Positions 49,207 to 58,602 are shown, counted from the stretch's first letter. The stretch is DNA of 60,372 nucleotides from Bacteriovoracaceae bacterium (GCA_049599895.1 JBMYPC010000002.1:1-60372), one strand, 5' to 3'. Notes: generated by a model not told the origin, from the sequence alone. Translations and numbers: made by a program.

Positions 49207-50829
49207 ATGGCGGATACACCGACAAACACTGAAGTTAAACTCATTCATTGGGCCGATATGACGGCGCAAAGAATCATAAAACAAAAAGGTGATCGAGACT
49301 CTTATACTCTCGCCAGTGGGATCACACCTTCGGGAGTTGTTCACTTTGGAAATTTTCGAGAAGTCATCACCGTCGACTTTGTGGCAAGGGCCTTGAGAGC
49401 CAGAGGAAAAAATGTTCGCTTTATCTTTAGTTGGGATGATTACGACACTTTTAGAAAAATCCCTGTCAATCTTCCCAAACAAGAACTGCTTCAAGAATAT
49501 CTTTTTCACCCTATCGTCGATACCCCCGATCCTTTTGAAGAGCATGAATCATACGCTGCCCACCATGAGGCCAACTTTGAAAAGCAACTTGAGAAAGTGG
49601 GAGTTGCCGTTGAACCACTTTACCAAGCAAAGAAATACAGAAATGGTGAGTACAAAGACTTTATTTTAGTGGCCTTAAAAAACACGGATAAAATTAAGGA
49701 TATCCTTAATCAACACAGAACCAGTCCCCTTGATGAAAAATGGCATCCAGTTTCTGTCTACTGCCCACTTCATAAAACTGATAAAACTCAAGTCATCGGT
49801 TTTGATGGTGAATCAAAACTCACCTATGTCCATACAGAACAAGAACATGAAGGGACAATTGATCTTAATAACCCTGAAGAACTTAAACATGTGAAACTTC
49901 CCTGGCGTGTGGATTGGCCTATGCGCTGGAGTTTTGAAAAAGTTGATTTTGAACCAGGTGGAAAAGATCATTCAAGCCAAGGCGGAAGTTACGACACCGC
50001 GAAAGACATCGTAAAACTCTACGATTGGGAAGCTCCAATTTATCTCCAATATGACTTTGTTTCCATTAAAGGTGCTGGCGGTAAGATGTCTTCTTCTAAA
50101 GGAAACCTCATTACCGTTAACGATGTTCTTAAAGTTTATGAACCCGAAATGGTAAGATGGATCTTTGCTAGCTACAAATCAAACGTCGATTTTGCCGTCA
50201 GCTTTGATCTTGATGTCATAAAAACTTACGAAGACTTCGATCGCCAAGAACGACTGGCCTTTGGAGTTGATCAAGGTAATGAAAAGAAAGTGGCCATGGC
50301 CAAAAGAGTTTATCAACTCTCACAAATTCAAGATTGCCCAGAACTCACTCCAGAAAATGCCCCCATGCAACCAAGCTTTCGTCACCTTTGTAATGTTCTT
50401 CAAATTAATGATGGAGATATTGAAAAGGCCAAAGTGGCTTATAATGATCAAATTAAGACAGAAAGAGACCAGAGACGATTTAATGAACGATCTCTTTGTG
50501 CCCTTCACTGGCTTGAAAACTATGCGCCAGTTGACTTTAAATTTAAAATCAACCCAACAGCACCAACTCTTGAAATCAGTGAGCTAGGAAAGAATTTTAT
50601 TAAAAAACTCTCAAGTTTCTTAGAGGTTGAATGGGATAACCTTAAGACCGATAAGGAACTTCATGAAGAACTCTATAAAGTCATTCACGAAGTTGAAATC
50701 GAACCTTCAGAGGCTTTTCTCATCACCTATAATCTTCTTATCTCAAGAGACAAAGGCCCAAAGCTTGCGGGCTTTATGAGATCAATAGGCAAAGAGAGAA
50801 TCCTTAACCTCCTTAATTCAGTGGCCTAA
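49207..50829 (+). CDS. lysS: Lysine--tRNA ligase, class I
   Basis: HWAD, SGITPSGVVHFGNFRE (HIGH-like), KLPWRVDWPMRW, EPGGKDH, KMSSSKGN, GPKL. Confidence 0.95.
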   Translation: MADTPTNTEVKLIHWADMTAQRIIKQKGDRDSYTLASGITPSGVVHFGNFREVITVDFVARALRARGKNVRFIFSWDDYDTFRKIPVNLPKQELLQEYLFHPIVDTPDPFEEHESYAAHHEANFEKQLEKVGVAVEPLYQAKKYRNGEYKDFILVALKNTDKIKDILNQHRTSPLDEKWHPVSVYCPLHKTDKTQVIGFDGESKLTYVHTEQEHEGTIDLNNPEELKHVKLPWRVDWPMRWSFEKVDFEPGGKDHSSQGGSYDTAKDIVKLYDWEAPIYLQYDFVSIKGAGGKMSSSKGNLITVNDVLKVYEPEMVRWIFASYKSNVDFAVSFDLDVIKTYEDFDRQERLAFGVDQGNEKKVAMAKRVYQLSQIQDCPELTPENAPMQPSFRHLCNVLQINDGDIEKAKVAYNDQIKTERDQRRFNERSLCALHWLENYAPVDFKFKINPTAPTLEISELGKNFIKKLSSFLEVEWDNLKTDKELHEELYKVIHEVEIEPSEAFLITYNLLISRDKGPKLAGFMRSIGKERILNLLNSVA

Positions 50830-51010
50830 ATTGGGGTCACTTCTCCACCTCGATAGGAAATCTTAGGGATTTTTATCTTACAATTGATAGCAGTTTCCTT
50901 ACATTCTCCTATTTTTAGGGTTTTATGCCACCTCTCGATTTGTCATGAAGCAGAGCGATCCCTAAAACTAAATTCATAGAGAGTTGATTTCGAAAAATAC
51001 AGGAGAAAAC

Positions 51011-51430
51011 ATGAAAGCACTTTTATCATTCGCAGTACTTTTTTTAACTTTTACAATCGCAGCTGAGTCTGAAGCCGCATCTTGTGTCGCTAAGCAAAGA
51101 AACAGACATGGTGATGTTATTAGAACATTTTACGGATACGGTTGGGACAAAAGAGAAGCTTGTCGGGATGCACGGCGAAGCTGTAAAAGAGTTGTCAATA
51201 ATAACCGTCGTCCAGCTGACTACTGTACAGTAGAGAAAAGACGTGGTCACAGATACCAAACTGTTACAAGAACTTGTAGGGTAAACCTTTATGGAAAAAG
51301 AGGAAGATTCCTTAGACAATTTACAGCAAGAGCAACGGGTTACCGAGGTTATGGTGTTAAAGCACAAGCTTGTCGAAAAGCAAGAATGAGATGTCAAAGA
51401 CAAGCAGTTCGTCGTCAATACTGTCAATAA
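51011..51430 (+). CDS. Secreted Arg-rich, Cys-rich two-repeat protein
   Basis: AGGAG RBS; signal ending SEA; two repeats each with 4 Cys (C..F....AC..AR..C..YC). Confidence 0.8.
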   Translation: MKALLSFAVLFLTFTIAAESEAASCVAKQRNRHGDVIRTFYGYGWDKREACRDARRSCKRVVNNNRRPADYCTVEKRRGHRYQTVTRTCRVNLYGKRGRFLRQFTARATGYRGYGVKAQACRKARMRCQRQAVRRQYCQ

Positions 51431-51466
51431 GATCAAAATCTTAACTGATATAGACATACCTTCAAG

Positions 51467-51496
51467 AAGGGGCCAGATTCTGGCCCCCTTTTTTTT
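51467..51496 (+). terminator. Rho-independent terminator
   Basis: GGGGCCAG-att-CTGGCCCC followed by T8. Confidence 0.88.
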
Positions 51497-51534
51497 ATCT
51501 GTCCACTTCAACAGAGGCCAGTTATAATGTCTCT

Positions 51535-52869
51535 ATGGAAACAACAAATTTTAAATCACGTAGAAAAAAAGTCTTAAGCCTCATTGGCCCTTCAATCGCT
51601 ATTATCAAAGCTTCAACCTACAAAACTCGAAGTAACGACACAGCGTTTCCTTTTCGACAAGACAGCAATTTTAAATACCTTACAGGCTTTCCTGAGCCAG
51701 ATGCCCTTTTAGTGCTCTGTCAGAATAACTCTGAATGTCATGAAATTCTCTTTGTGCATGAAAAAGATCCCACAAGGGCCCTTTGGGAGGGAGACTGTCA
51801 TGGGGTTAAAGAAACTCAGGACCTTTATGATTTTGATAAAGTTTATCCTATTGAAGAATTCTCAAAGGTTTTGCCAGATCTTATTAAAGGACATGAGAAT
51901 GTTTACTTAGACCTTTATGATGAATCTTTAACCTCCCTTCGAACTCTTGTTCATAAAGAGATGACTGCACTTCATGCCAATAGAAGGCTGAAACAAAAGC
52001 CAATAAATATAAAACACATCGCTCCTATTCTTGGCCGATTAAGATTAAAAAAATCAAAAAATGAACTTGCCCTTATTAAACAGGCTTGTGAGATTTCAAA
52101 AAAGACCCATAAGCAACTTATGAGCTATTGCTCTAGTGGAAAAAACGAAGCCGATCTTTATCGTCTTCTTCTTGCTTCTTTTGCTGCCCAGGGAGCGAAA
52201 GAAGAGGCCTATACATCAATTATCGCCTCTGGAAACAATGCCAACACTCTTCATTACATTGAGAACAATTCTGAAATTCAAGAAAATGATCTCGTCCTCA
52301 TCGATGCAGGCTGCGAGTTTAATGGCTATGCTTCTGATATCACCAGAACGTTTCCTGCAAATGGAAAGTTCACAGATATTCAAGCAGATCTCTATAACGC
52401 TGTTCTCGAATCACAAAAAAATGCCATCGCCAAGGCCAAGCCAGGAAATACACTTAGTGACATTCACAATGCTTCAACAAGAACTCTTTCCATGGCCCTA
52501 AAAGACTTTGGCATTTTCACAGAATCGGTTGATGAAATTATTGAAAAGGGACTTATCAGAAAGTACTTCCCTCACGGAACTGGTCACTGGCTTGGACTCG
52601 ATGTTCATGATCCCTGCCCTTCAATCGACGAGCAGGGCGAGCCTATTATCCTCTCAGAAGGAATGGTCTTTACTATTGAACCAGGTCTATATTTTAACTC
52701 TCTTTTAAATGACACCCCTGAAAAATTTAAAGGCCTGGGAGTCAGAATCGAAGATGATATTGTTATCACCAAAGATGGTCATGAGAACCTCACATCAGGG
52801 ACTCCAAAAGAAATTAAGGAGATAGAAGAACAGTGCAACACACCTTTCGATCCTGCAGAGCTCTTTTAA
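51535..52869 (+). CDS. pepP: Xaa-Pro aminopeptidase
   Basis: FRQDSNF.YLTGF.EP, LHY, LIDAG, YASDITRTFP, HGTGHWLGLDVHD, TIEPGLY, GVRIEDD. Confidence 0.95.
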   Translation: METTNFKSRRKKVLSLIGPSIAIIKASTYKTRSNDTAFPFRQDSNFKYLTGFPEPDALLVLCQNNSECHEILFVHEKDPTRALWEGDCHGVKETQDLYDFDKVYPIEEFSKVLPDLIKGHENVYLDLYDESLTSLRTLVHKEMTALHANRRLKQKPINIKHIAPILGRLRLKKSKNELALIKQACEISKKTHKQLMSYCSSGKNEADLYRLLLASFAAQGAKEEAYTSIIASGNNANTLHYIENNSEIQENDLVLIDAGCEFNGYASDITRTFPANGKFTDIQADLYNAVLESQKNAIAKAKPGNTLSDIHNASTRTLSMALKDFGIFTESVDEIIEKGLIRKYFPHGTGHWLGLDVHDPCPSIDEQGEPIILSEGMVFTIEPGLYFNSLLNDTPEKFKGLGVRIEDDIVITKDGHENLTSGTPKEIKEIEEQCNTPFDPAELF

Positions 52870-53318
52870 TACTGAGCTCCTTTTTATTTGCGGCTAAGGT
52901 TTCAGCTCAAGCTCAGGTGCTTGATGGGGCTTTTGATTTTTCTATTACCCACCCCAGCTGCAAACTCAAAGTCCCTCAATTCAACGGTATTGAAATCCTC
53001 AAGAATCAACTTTTTAAATCTCTTAAATCAAGAGGATACATCCCAAGCATGATGAGCAACAAAAGGGATATTTTTAAGTATGACTACTATGTTCAAGTCG
53101 AATTAAAGAAAGTCCCCAATAAACTTTATAACAAGTGTAAGGTCACACTGAGACTTAAGTCTGCCAAAAATGATCGGTTTCTTTCATCGAAAGACGAAAC
53201 TCTCTATAAAAACACTGTCACAAGACAGTTCCCCAGAATTACTTTTGAAGGCAACGAAAGATGTACCAGGGCCTTAAGAGACACCTTCATTCACATTCCG
53301 AAGTGTAAAACCAAGTAA
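52833..53318 (+). CDS. Hypothetical secreted basic protein
   Basis: Signal peptide (VSA-QA), four mature Cys; GTG start overlapping pepP end. Confidence 0.6.
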   Translation: MQHTFRSCRALLILSSFLFAAKVSAQAQVLDGAFDFSITHPSCKLKVPQFNGIEILKNQLFKSLKSRGYIPSMMSNKRDIFKYDYYVQVELKKVPNKLYNKCKVTLRLKSAKNDRFLSSKDETLYKNTVTRQFPRITFEGNERCTRALRDTFIHIPKCKTK

Positions 53319-53438
53319 ATCGATCTCCTGTATCCCACAAATGATAAATCTTACCCGCACTGCGAAATGGTATTTCGTGTTATAATAATTTTGCCTCGAA
53401 CTTAGGGCATACCACTTTCTTATTTATGGAGAAATTCT

Positions 53439-53600
53439 ATGCAAAAATTAAATAAATTGTTTCTTCTTCTTCTTGGCCTTTTCGTTATTTCTTGTTCGAC
53501 AACTGCAAGAGATGTTGCAAGTCATGATTGTCAACAAACTCCAGACAACACTCACCAAAACAATTATTTTCAAAACTACGAACGCTGTAACGGCTTCTAG
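53439..53600 (+). CDS. Unannotated 53-aa lipoprotein
   Basis: GGAG RBS; MQKLNKLFLLLLGLFVIS-C lipobox, RDVAS motif, two further Cys; below ORF-track cutoff. Confidence 0.75.
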   Translation: MQKLNKLFLLLLGLFVISCSTTARDVASHDCQQTPDNTHQNNYFQNYERCNGF

Positions 53601-53606
53601 AATAAG

Positions 53607-53634
53607 GCAGTGCCTGGCTTAGGCCAAGCACTGC
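53607..53634. terminator. Hairpin downstream of small lipoprotein gene
   Basis: GCAGTGC-c-TGGC-ttag-GCCA-a-GCACTGC; no plus-strand U-tract. Confidence 0.5.
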
Positions 53635-53749
53635 AAAAATTAATTTCCTAACACTTTCAATACCTTTTTAAACCACTCTTTACTTTAATAATTCCAATTA
53701 TTTTGTTACTTAGCCTTATTGAAGAGTTCTTTTCTTAGGTGAGGTTCAC

Positions 53750-54883
53750 ATGAATAAATTAAGTGTTTTTCTTATTGTTGTTTTAAGTTTCACATCTGTT
53801 CAAACTTTTGCTTTTGACAGTAAGTTTAAAGGCTTTATTGCACTTGATCTCTTAAACGCAAAAAAAGAAAAGAATGAAGTTCAACAACTCAGCACTGGTA
53901 TTGGGACATTTGACCTTAAGTTCTATGCCAAACATGATAAAACCAGCATGAAAATCAAGCTCGATCTTGATGACTCTGATATCGGATCAAAATATAAAAT
54001 CTTCGAAGAAGCTCAAATGTCATATAACATAACAAAAGAATTAAGGCTTCTTGGTGGAAAAGGAAAAGTTCGCTTTCATCAGATGCGCTACGGAGTCATT
54101 AACTCTCATTATGTCGATGGAGGAAGTATCCTTGGAACAAATCATTCATTTAGAGATCAAGATAATAAGATTCTTGTAGGCCTGAGATTTGGTTCATATT
54201 CAAAAGGTTTTCTTAACCACTTCACACTCTACGGTGAGTCAGAAATTCCAAAACTAGACAGAGATGATAACGTTGAAGTTAGCGACAGTGGCGTTGTTGA
54301 AACTGTTAACACAAAGACTTTTAGCACTGACCAACAAAGAGGTATTGCCAATAAGCTTGAATGGTTTATGTCAAAAGAGACAAAGATGTCTTTTGCACTA
54401 CTTTATTTTTACGCTGATTACAGACCCAAGGAAACCTATGCGGCTGACTGGGCAGGAACATATAAAAAATCAGGACTTGAAGTTTTTTGGGAATACTCTT
54501 ACGCTCAAGTTTCAACCCATCCCTATGATAAATACTCAACCAAAGATCAAGACGAGCACATTGCTCAAATTGGATTTGAAAAGTACCTAACTGACAAGTG
54601 GAACCTCCTGGCTTCAATGGACTATGCCTTTGTTGACTCGCAAAGACACACTCAACAGCTTGCCAATGGAAAACCTTCAAGAAATGATGGTTACCAATAT
54701 GAAACAACAACTTATAAGTTTGGAGTTGGAACGAAATACAAGATGTCCAAATCATCATTCATCACAATTGGAACGGAATTTGAGGCCCAAGATAATGTCG
54801 CAACAGACACTGCAGGAGTTGAAGTTTCTGATGAAAATCTTCATGCCTATCTGGTTGGTGCTGACCTCGCCTTTTGGTTCTAA
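53750..54883 (+). CDS. Putative outer-membrane porin
   Basis: Signal peptide (TFA), amphipathic beta strands, C-terminal LAFWF beta-signal. Confidence 0.72.
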   Translation: MNKLSVFLIVVLSFTSVQTFAFDSKFKGFIALDLLNAKKEKNEVQQLSTGIGTFDLKFYAKHDKTSMKIKLDLDDSDIGSKYKIFEEAQMSYNITKELRLLGGKGKVRFHQMRYGVINSHYVDGGSILGTNHSFRDQDNKILVGLRFGSYSKGFLNHFTLYGESEIPKLDRDDNVEVSDSGVVETVNTKTFSTDQQRGIANKLEWFMSKETKMSFALLYFYADYRPKETYAADWAGTYKKSGLEVFWEYSYAQVSTHPYDKYSTKDQDEHIAQIGFEKYLTDKWNLLASMDYAFVDSQRHTQQLANGKPSRNDGYQYETTTYKFGVGTKYKMSKSSFITIGTEFEAQDNVATDTAGVEVSDENLHAYLVGADLAFWF

Positions 54884-54888
54884 ACTCA

Positions 54889-55947
54889 ATGATATTCGCG
54901 TTCATTCTTTTTTCCTTTTTAATAGAAAGCGCTTACACTCTTACTGAAGATCATTTTGAAGCGGATTATGAAGAGCTCGTAATCCCCCTTCAAAAAAAAC
55001 ACTTTAACCTCAGATCATTTCAATCTTTTGATAAAACCAGAATCTCTTACTTCGCTCCCAAACTTAAACGTTCTCAAAAAGCTTTAATTATTCTCACAGG
55101 AAGAACTGAGCCAGCTGTCTCTTATTTTGAGCACATCCATGATCTTCTGCCTCTTGGCCATGACATTTATATTCTCGATCATAGAGGTCAAGGCTTTTCT
55201 GATCGCCCTCATTTAAAAAAAGAATTCAAAAACAAGTACAACCATCCTGAATATCAAAAAGGACATATTAAATCTTTTAGTCATTACACAAAAGACTTCG
55301 AGTTTTTTCTAAAGAAAAACCTAAAGAGCTATAAAACAATTGATGTCATGGCCCATTCAATGGGTGCCGCAGTAACGTTAGACCTTCTTTTAAGTACAAA
55401 TATTAAAATTAATAAAATCGTTTTAACGGTGCCAATGCTAAAAATCCCTCTTCCAGGTCCTTACAGCTTTACAAAAACTCTTCTTCATTTTTTAAACTCT
55501 ATTGGTTTTAGTGAAAGTTATATCCCAGGCGAAGGGTTAAAAAACCCTAAACCTGAGTTTGAAAAGAACCGCGTTAGTAGTTCTAAAACGAGATGGACAA
55601 TGGATCGAAAAATTGACAATGAGTTCAGAGAAACATCTCTTGGGGGAGTGACTTTTGGCTGGGTAAATGAAGCGGTGAAAGTGAGTGAGAAAATCTTCAA
55701 TAACCGTGACAGTTTCAATCGTTCAATACTTCTTTTTGATGTGGACACTGAGTTAATCTCGGACAATAGCCGAACTGAATCTTTCTGTAGGGCCAATTCC
55801 AAGTGCCAATATATCAAACTTAAAGATGCAAAACATGAAGTTCTCATCGAAAGAGATGAAATTAGAAATTTAATGTTTCAAAAAATCTACGATTATTTTG
55901 AAGCTGGCCCTTTCACTCCAGGTTCACGCCATTCGCTGTCTCGGTAA
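54889..55947 (+). CDS. Secreted alpha/beta hydrolase, lysophospholipase L2 (PldB)-like
   Basis: LTGRTE, DHRGQGFSDR, nucleophile AHSMG, GGVTFGW, AKHEVLIE.D. Confidence 0.85.
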   Translation: MIFAFILFSFLIESAYTLTEDHFEADYEELVIPLQKKHFNLRSFQSFDKTRISYFAPKLKRSQKALIILTGRTEPAVSYFEHIHDLLPLGHDIYILDHRGQGFSDRPHLKKEFKNKYNHPEYQKGHIKSFSHYTKDFEFFLKKNLKSYKTIDVMAHSMGAAVTLDLLLSTNIKINKIVLTVPMLKIPLPGPYSFTKTLLHFLNSIGFSESYIPGEGLKNPKPEFEKNRVSSSKTRWTMDRKIDNEFRETSLGGVTFGWVNEAVKVSEKIFNNRDSFNRSILLFDVDTELISDNSRTESFCRANSKCQYIKLKDAKHEVLIERDEIRNLMFQKIYDYFEAGPFTPGSRHSLSR

Positions 55948-56762
55948 AGGAATCTTTTGACGATTTCTTGTTCAGTCTTTCCTTTGAGTCTCGCTAATAC
56001 AGGAATTCGAACAATAAGCTGAACCTCTTTAAAACTTGTCGCCTTAAGATGAACTCGAGGTGAAACATCTATCGTTTCAAGGTGGGCCTTTCTTTGCAGA
56101 AGGTCGATATGTTTTTGGGCTTCACCAAGATAGTCCTTACAGACCTCATCAGCAATTTCAAGAATCACATTCTCGGCTGCCTTAAAATTAATAAGTGAGC
56201 TTACCGGAATTGAAAATGGATGGAGAACATATTCTTCAAGAAAACTCTCATTAATACACGGCTCTTGAAGAAAAAGAGAGTTTGGAATGGTGACCAGTCT
56301 CCCCGTATACTGATGAGTTTTTTTATCAGGGCCAATCTCAAGGATCTTAGTTGCAAAAAAACCTCGATCAACAACATCACCTCGCATACCTGAGACTTCA
56401 ATTCGATCACCAATATGAAACATTTTTGCCGAGGTTTTAAAGAATGTTCCCGATAAACACATAATGAGTTCTTTAGTGGCAAGAACCAGGGCCACAGCAA
56501 TAGCAATAAGAGAAAGAGCAATTGATTGAAGCTCTTGAATCCAAATCACAGCAATAAGAATGACCCCTACAAACGTAAGAAAGGAATTGATATTAACACT
56601 AAGTCTTCTTTTGTTTTCTCTTAGAATTCCCTTTGTGTAGTTCACAATTCTTTGCAAAATAAGTCGTGTAACTGCAAGAACAGCAATAAGAATAAATGTA
56701 CTCAGTATTTGCTCGTAATACTGTTGCCAAAAGGCCATAGAAAACCACCCTGATAAATCCAA
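55893..56762 (-). CDS. MscS-family mechanosensitive channel
   Basis: Three TM helices, VLATKELIMCLSG, FHIGDRIEV..RGDVVD, TIPNSLF. Confidence 0.9.
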   Translation of the reverse strand: MDLSGWFSMAFWQQYYEQILSTFILIAVLAVTRLILQRIVNYTKGILRENKRRLSVNINSFLTFVGVILIAVIWIQELQSIALSLIAIAVALVLATKELIMCLSGTFFKTSAKMFHIGDRIEVSGMRGDVVDRGFFATKILEIGPDKKTHQYTGRLVTIPNSLFLQEPCINESFLEEYVLHPFSIPVSSLINFKAAENVILEIADEVCKDYLGEAQKHIDLLQRKAHLETIDVSPRVHLKATSFKEVQLIVRIPVLARLKGKTEQEIVKRFLYRDSEWREPGVKGPASK

Positions 56763-56814
56763 GGGGTTTTATAATGAAATGAAATCGAAAGATAGAATAA
56801 TGTAAAAAAAACCA

Positions 56815-56844
56815 TTGACTTACGCGAGACTTACGCATTAGTAT
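56815..56844 (+). promoter_or_regulatory. lexA-dinB sigma70 promoter with embedded 9-bp direct repeat (candidate LexA operator)
   Basis: -35 TTGACT (56815), -10 TAGTAT (56839); GACTTACGC at 56817 and 56828. Confidence 0.7.
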
Positions 56845-56850
56845 TAGACC

Positions 56851-57489
56851 ATGGCACTTACAAAAAAACAGAAAGAAGTCTTTGATTATATTCAGTCTTA
56901 CACAGCGCAAAATGGATATAGCCCTACCCAAAAAGAGATCAAAAACCACTTTGAGTTCAAGTCATTTGGCAGTGTTCAAAGATACCTTAAATACTTGAAA
57001 GAACACAACCTTTTAGAATCAGACTGGAACGCGAGACGTGGTATAAAAATCAGTGACGAGCAAACTCCCGTTAGTAACGACATTGATCAAAACTCAGACT
57101 TTGAAGCGATCCCTATGCTTGGAAGGGTCGCCGCTGGTAACCCCATTGAGGCAATTGAAAGAGCAAGTGAGAGCCTCTCTGTTCCACAAAATCTTCTTAA
57201 GGGTCGAGGTCGCTTTTTTGCCCTCGAAGTCCAAGGAGACTCCATGTGGGACGCGGGAATTCGCGAGGGAGACCATCTCATCTGTCGCCATGAACAAACT
57301 GCAAGAAACGGCCAAATCGTTGTGGCATTAGTTGACGGAGAGGCCACCGTTAAAACTTATCAGAAACAAAAGAATGAGATTCATCTCCTTCCAGAAAATG
57401 CGGACTACAATCCCATTATTGTCGATTGCCATAGCCAATTTAGTTTAGCCGGTGTTGTAATCGGACTCATTCGTAACTTTAATGTTTAA
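56851..57489 (+). CDS. lexA: LexA repressor
   Basis: LTKKQKEV wHTH, PTQKEI, RGI, GRVAAG cleavage site, GDSM Ser, EATVK Lys. Confidence 0.96.
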   Translation: MALTKKQKEVFDYIQSYTAQNGYSPTQKEIKNHFEFKSFGSVQRYLKYLKEHNLLESDWNARRGIKISDEQTPVSNDIDQNSDFEAIPMLGRVAAGNPIEAIERASESLSVPQNLLKGRGRFFALEVQGDSMWDAGIREGDHLICRHEQTARNGQIVVALVDGEATVKTYQKQKNEIHLLPENADYNPIIVDCHSQFSLAGVVIGLIRNFNV

Positions 57490-58594
57490 TGATTTTGATA
57501 AAATTATCATGCATCTTGATATGGATTGCTTTTTTGCGGCCATCGAAATGCGAGATAACCCCAAGCTTAAAAACCTCCCTATAGCAGTTGGAGGAAAGTC
57601 AAAACGATCAGTACTTTGCACAGCGAACTATGAAGCCCGAAAATATGGAGTACGTTCGGCAATGTCATCCCAGGTGGCCTTAAAGAAATGCCCGGATCTT
57701 AAAATCTTGCCTCCTCGATTTGAGGCCTATAAAGATGCATCCGATCAAGTGTTTAACATTATGAGGCGCTATTCAAAAAGCTTTCAGCCCTTAAGTCTTG
57801 ATGAAGCTTTTCTTGATCTCAGTCTTGATTGTCCTCACTTTGAATTCGCTGAAGATCTTGCAAGGGAAATCCAAAAAGAGATTTTAAGCGAAACAGGACT
57901 CACTTCCTCTATAGGAGTTTCCCATTTAAAGTTTCTCGCAAAGATTGCCAGTGATCATAACAAACCTCATGGCGTGACTATTATTCACCCTAAAGATGCT
58001 CTTTCATTTATTTCAGAGCTCCCCATTGAAAGATTCTCCGGGGTGGGACAAGTGATGCGTGAAAAACTGCACAAACATAACATCTATCGAAGTTCAGATC
58101 TTCTTGAAATCTCTCGTGAAGATCTTCACCGAAAGTTTGGAAAAATGGGCAATCTTCTTTGGCTTCGCTCTCGGGGCATTGACCATAGTCGAGTTAAAGT
58201 TTCCAGGTCCCCTAAATCCATTTCAATTGAAAGAACATTTGAGGTAGATCTTAATCTCGAGCAACTCAAAGTTGAATTGAAAAACCTTATTCCAGTTTTT
58301 CATGCGCGATACTCTCGATCTATGGAAAAATACCCAAACCTTAAAACGAAATCACTAATGATTAAATTAAAGCTTTCTGACCATCGAAAACGTGGGATCG
58401 AACGTTCACTCTCTGAGTTAAAAATCAAAAGTTTTAAAGAGCTTCAAGATGAAAGCTACTTTGAGAAATTTTCAGCTCTCTTAGAAAGTCTTTATTCTAA
58501 AAAAAATGAGCCTGTTCGGCTCTTAGGCTTAGGAGTTCGTGTCAAAGAAGAAGAGCTTGCCTATGAAAACCCTCAGCTCTCACTTTTGGCCTAG
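57482..58594 (+). CDS. dinB: DNA polymerase IV
   Basis: HLDMDCFFA, NYEARKYGVRSAM, SLDEAFLD, KFLAKIASD.NKP.G, VRLLG; overlaps lexA stop by 8 nt. Confidence 0.95.
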   Translation: MFNDFDKIIMHLDMDCFFAAIEMRDNPKLKNLPIAVGGKSKRSVLCTANYEARKYGVRSAMSSQVALKKCPDLKILPPRFEAYKDASDQVFNIMRRYSKSFQPLSLDEAFLDLSLDCPHFEFAEDLAREIQKEILSETGLTSSIGVSHLKFLAKIASDHNKPHGVTIIHPKDALSFISELPIERFSGVGQVMREKLHKHNIYRSSDLLEISREDLHRKFGKMGNLLWLRSRGIDHSRVKVSRSPKSISIERTFEVDLNLEQLKVELKNLIPVFHARYSRSMEKYPNLKTKSLMIKLKLSDHRKRGIERSLSELKIKSFKELQDESYFEKFSALLESLYSKKNEPVRLLGLGVRVKEEELAYENPQLSLLA

Positions 58595-58602
58595 AATTCA
58601 AC

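Noticed and set aside
51044..51511. 155-aa minus-strand ORF and other short nested/antisense ORFs in the track
   Set aside because: Shadows of well-supported genes; no RBS or recognisable motifs
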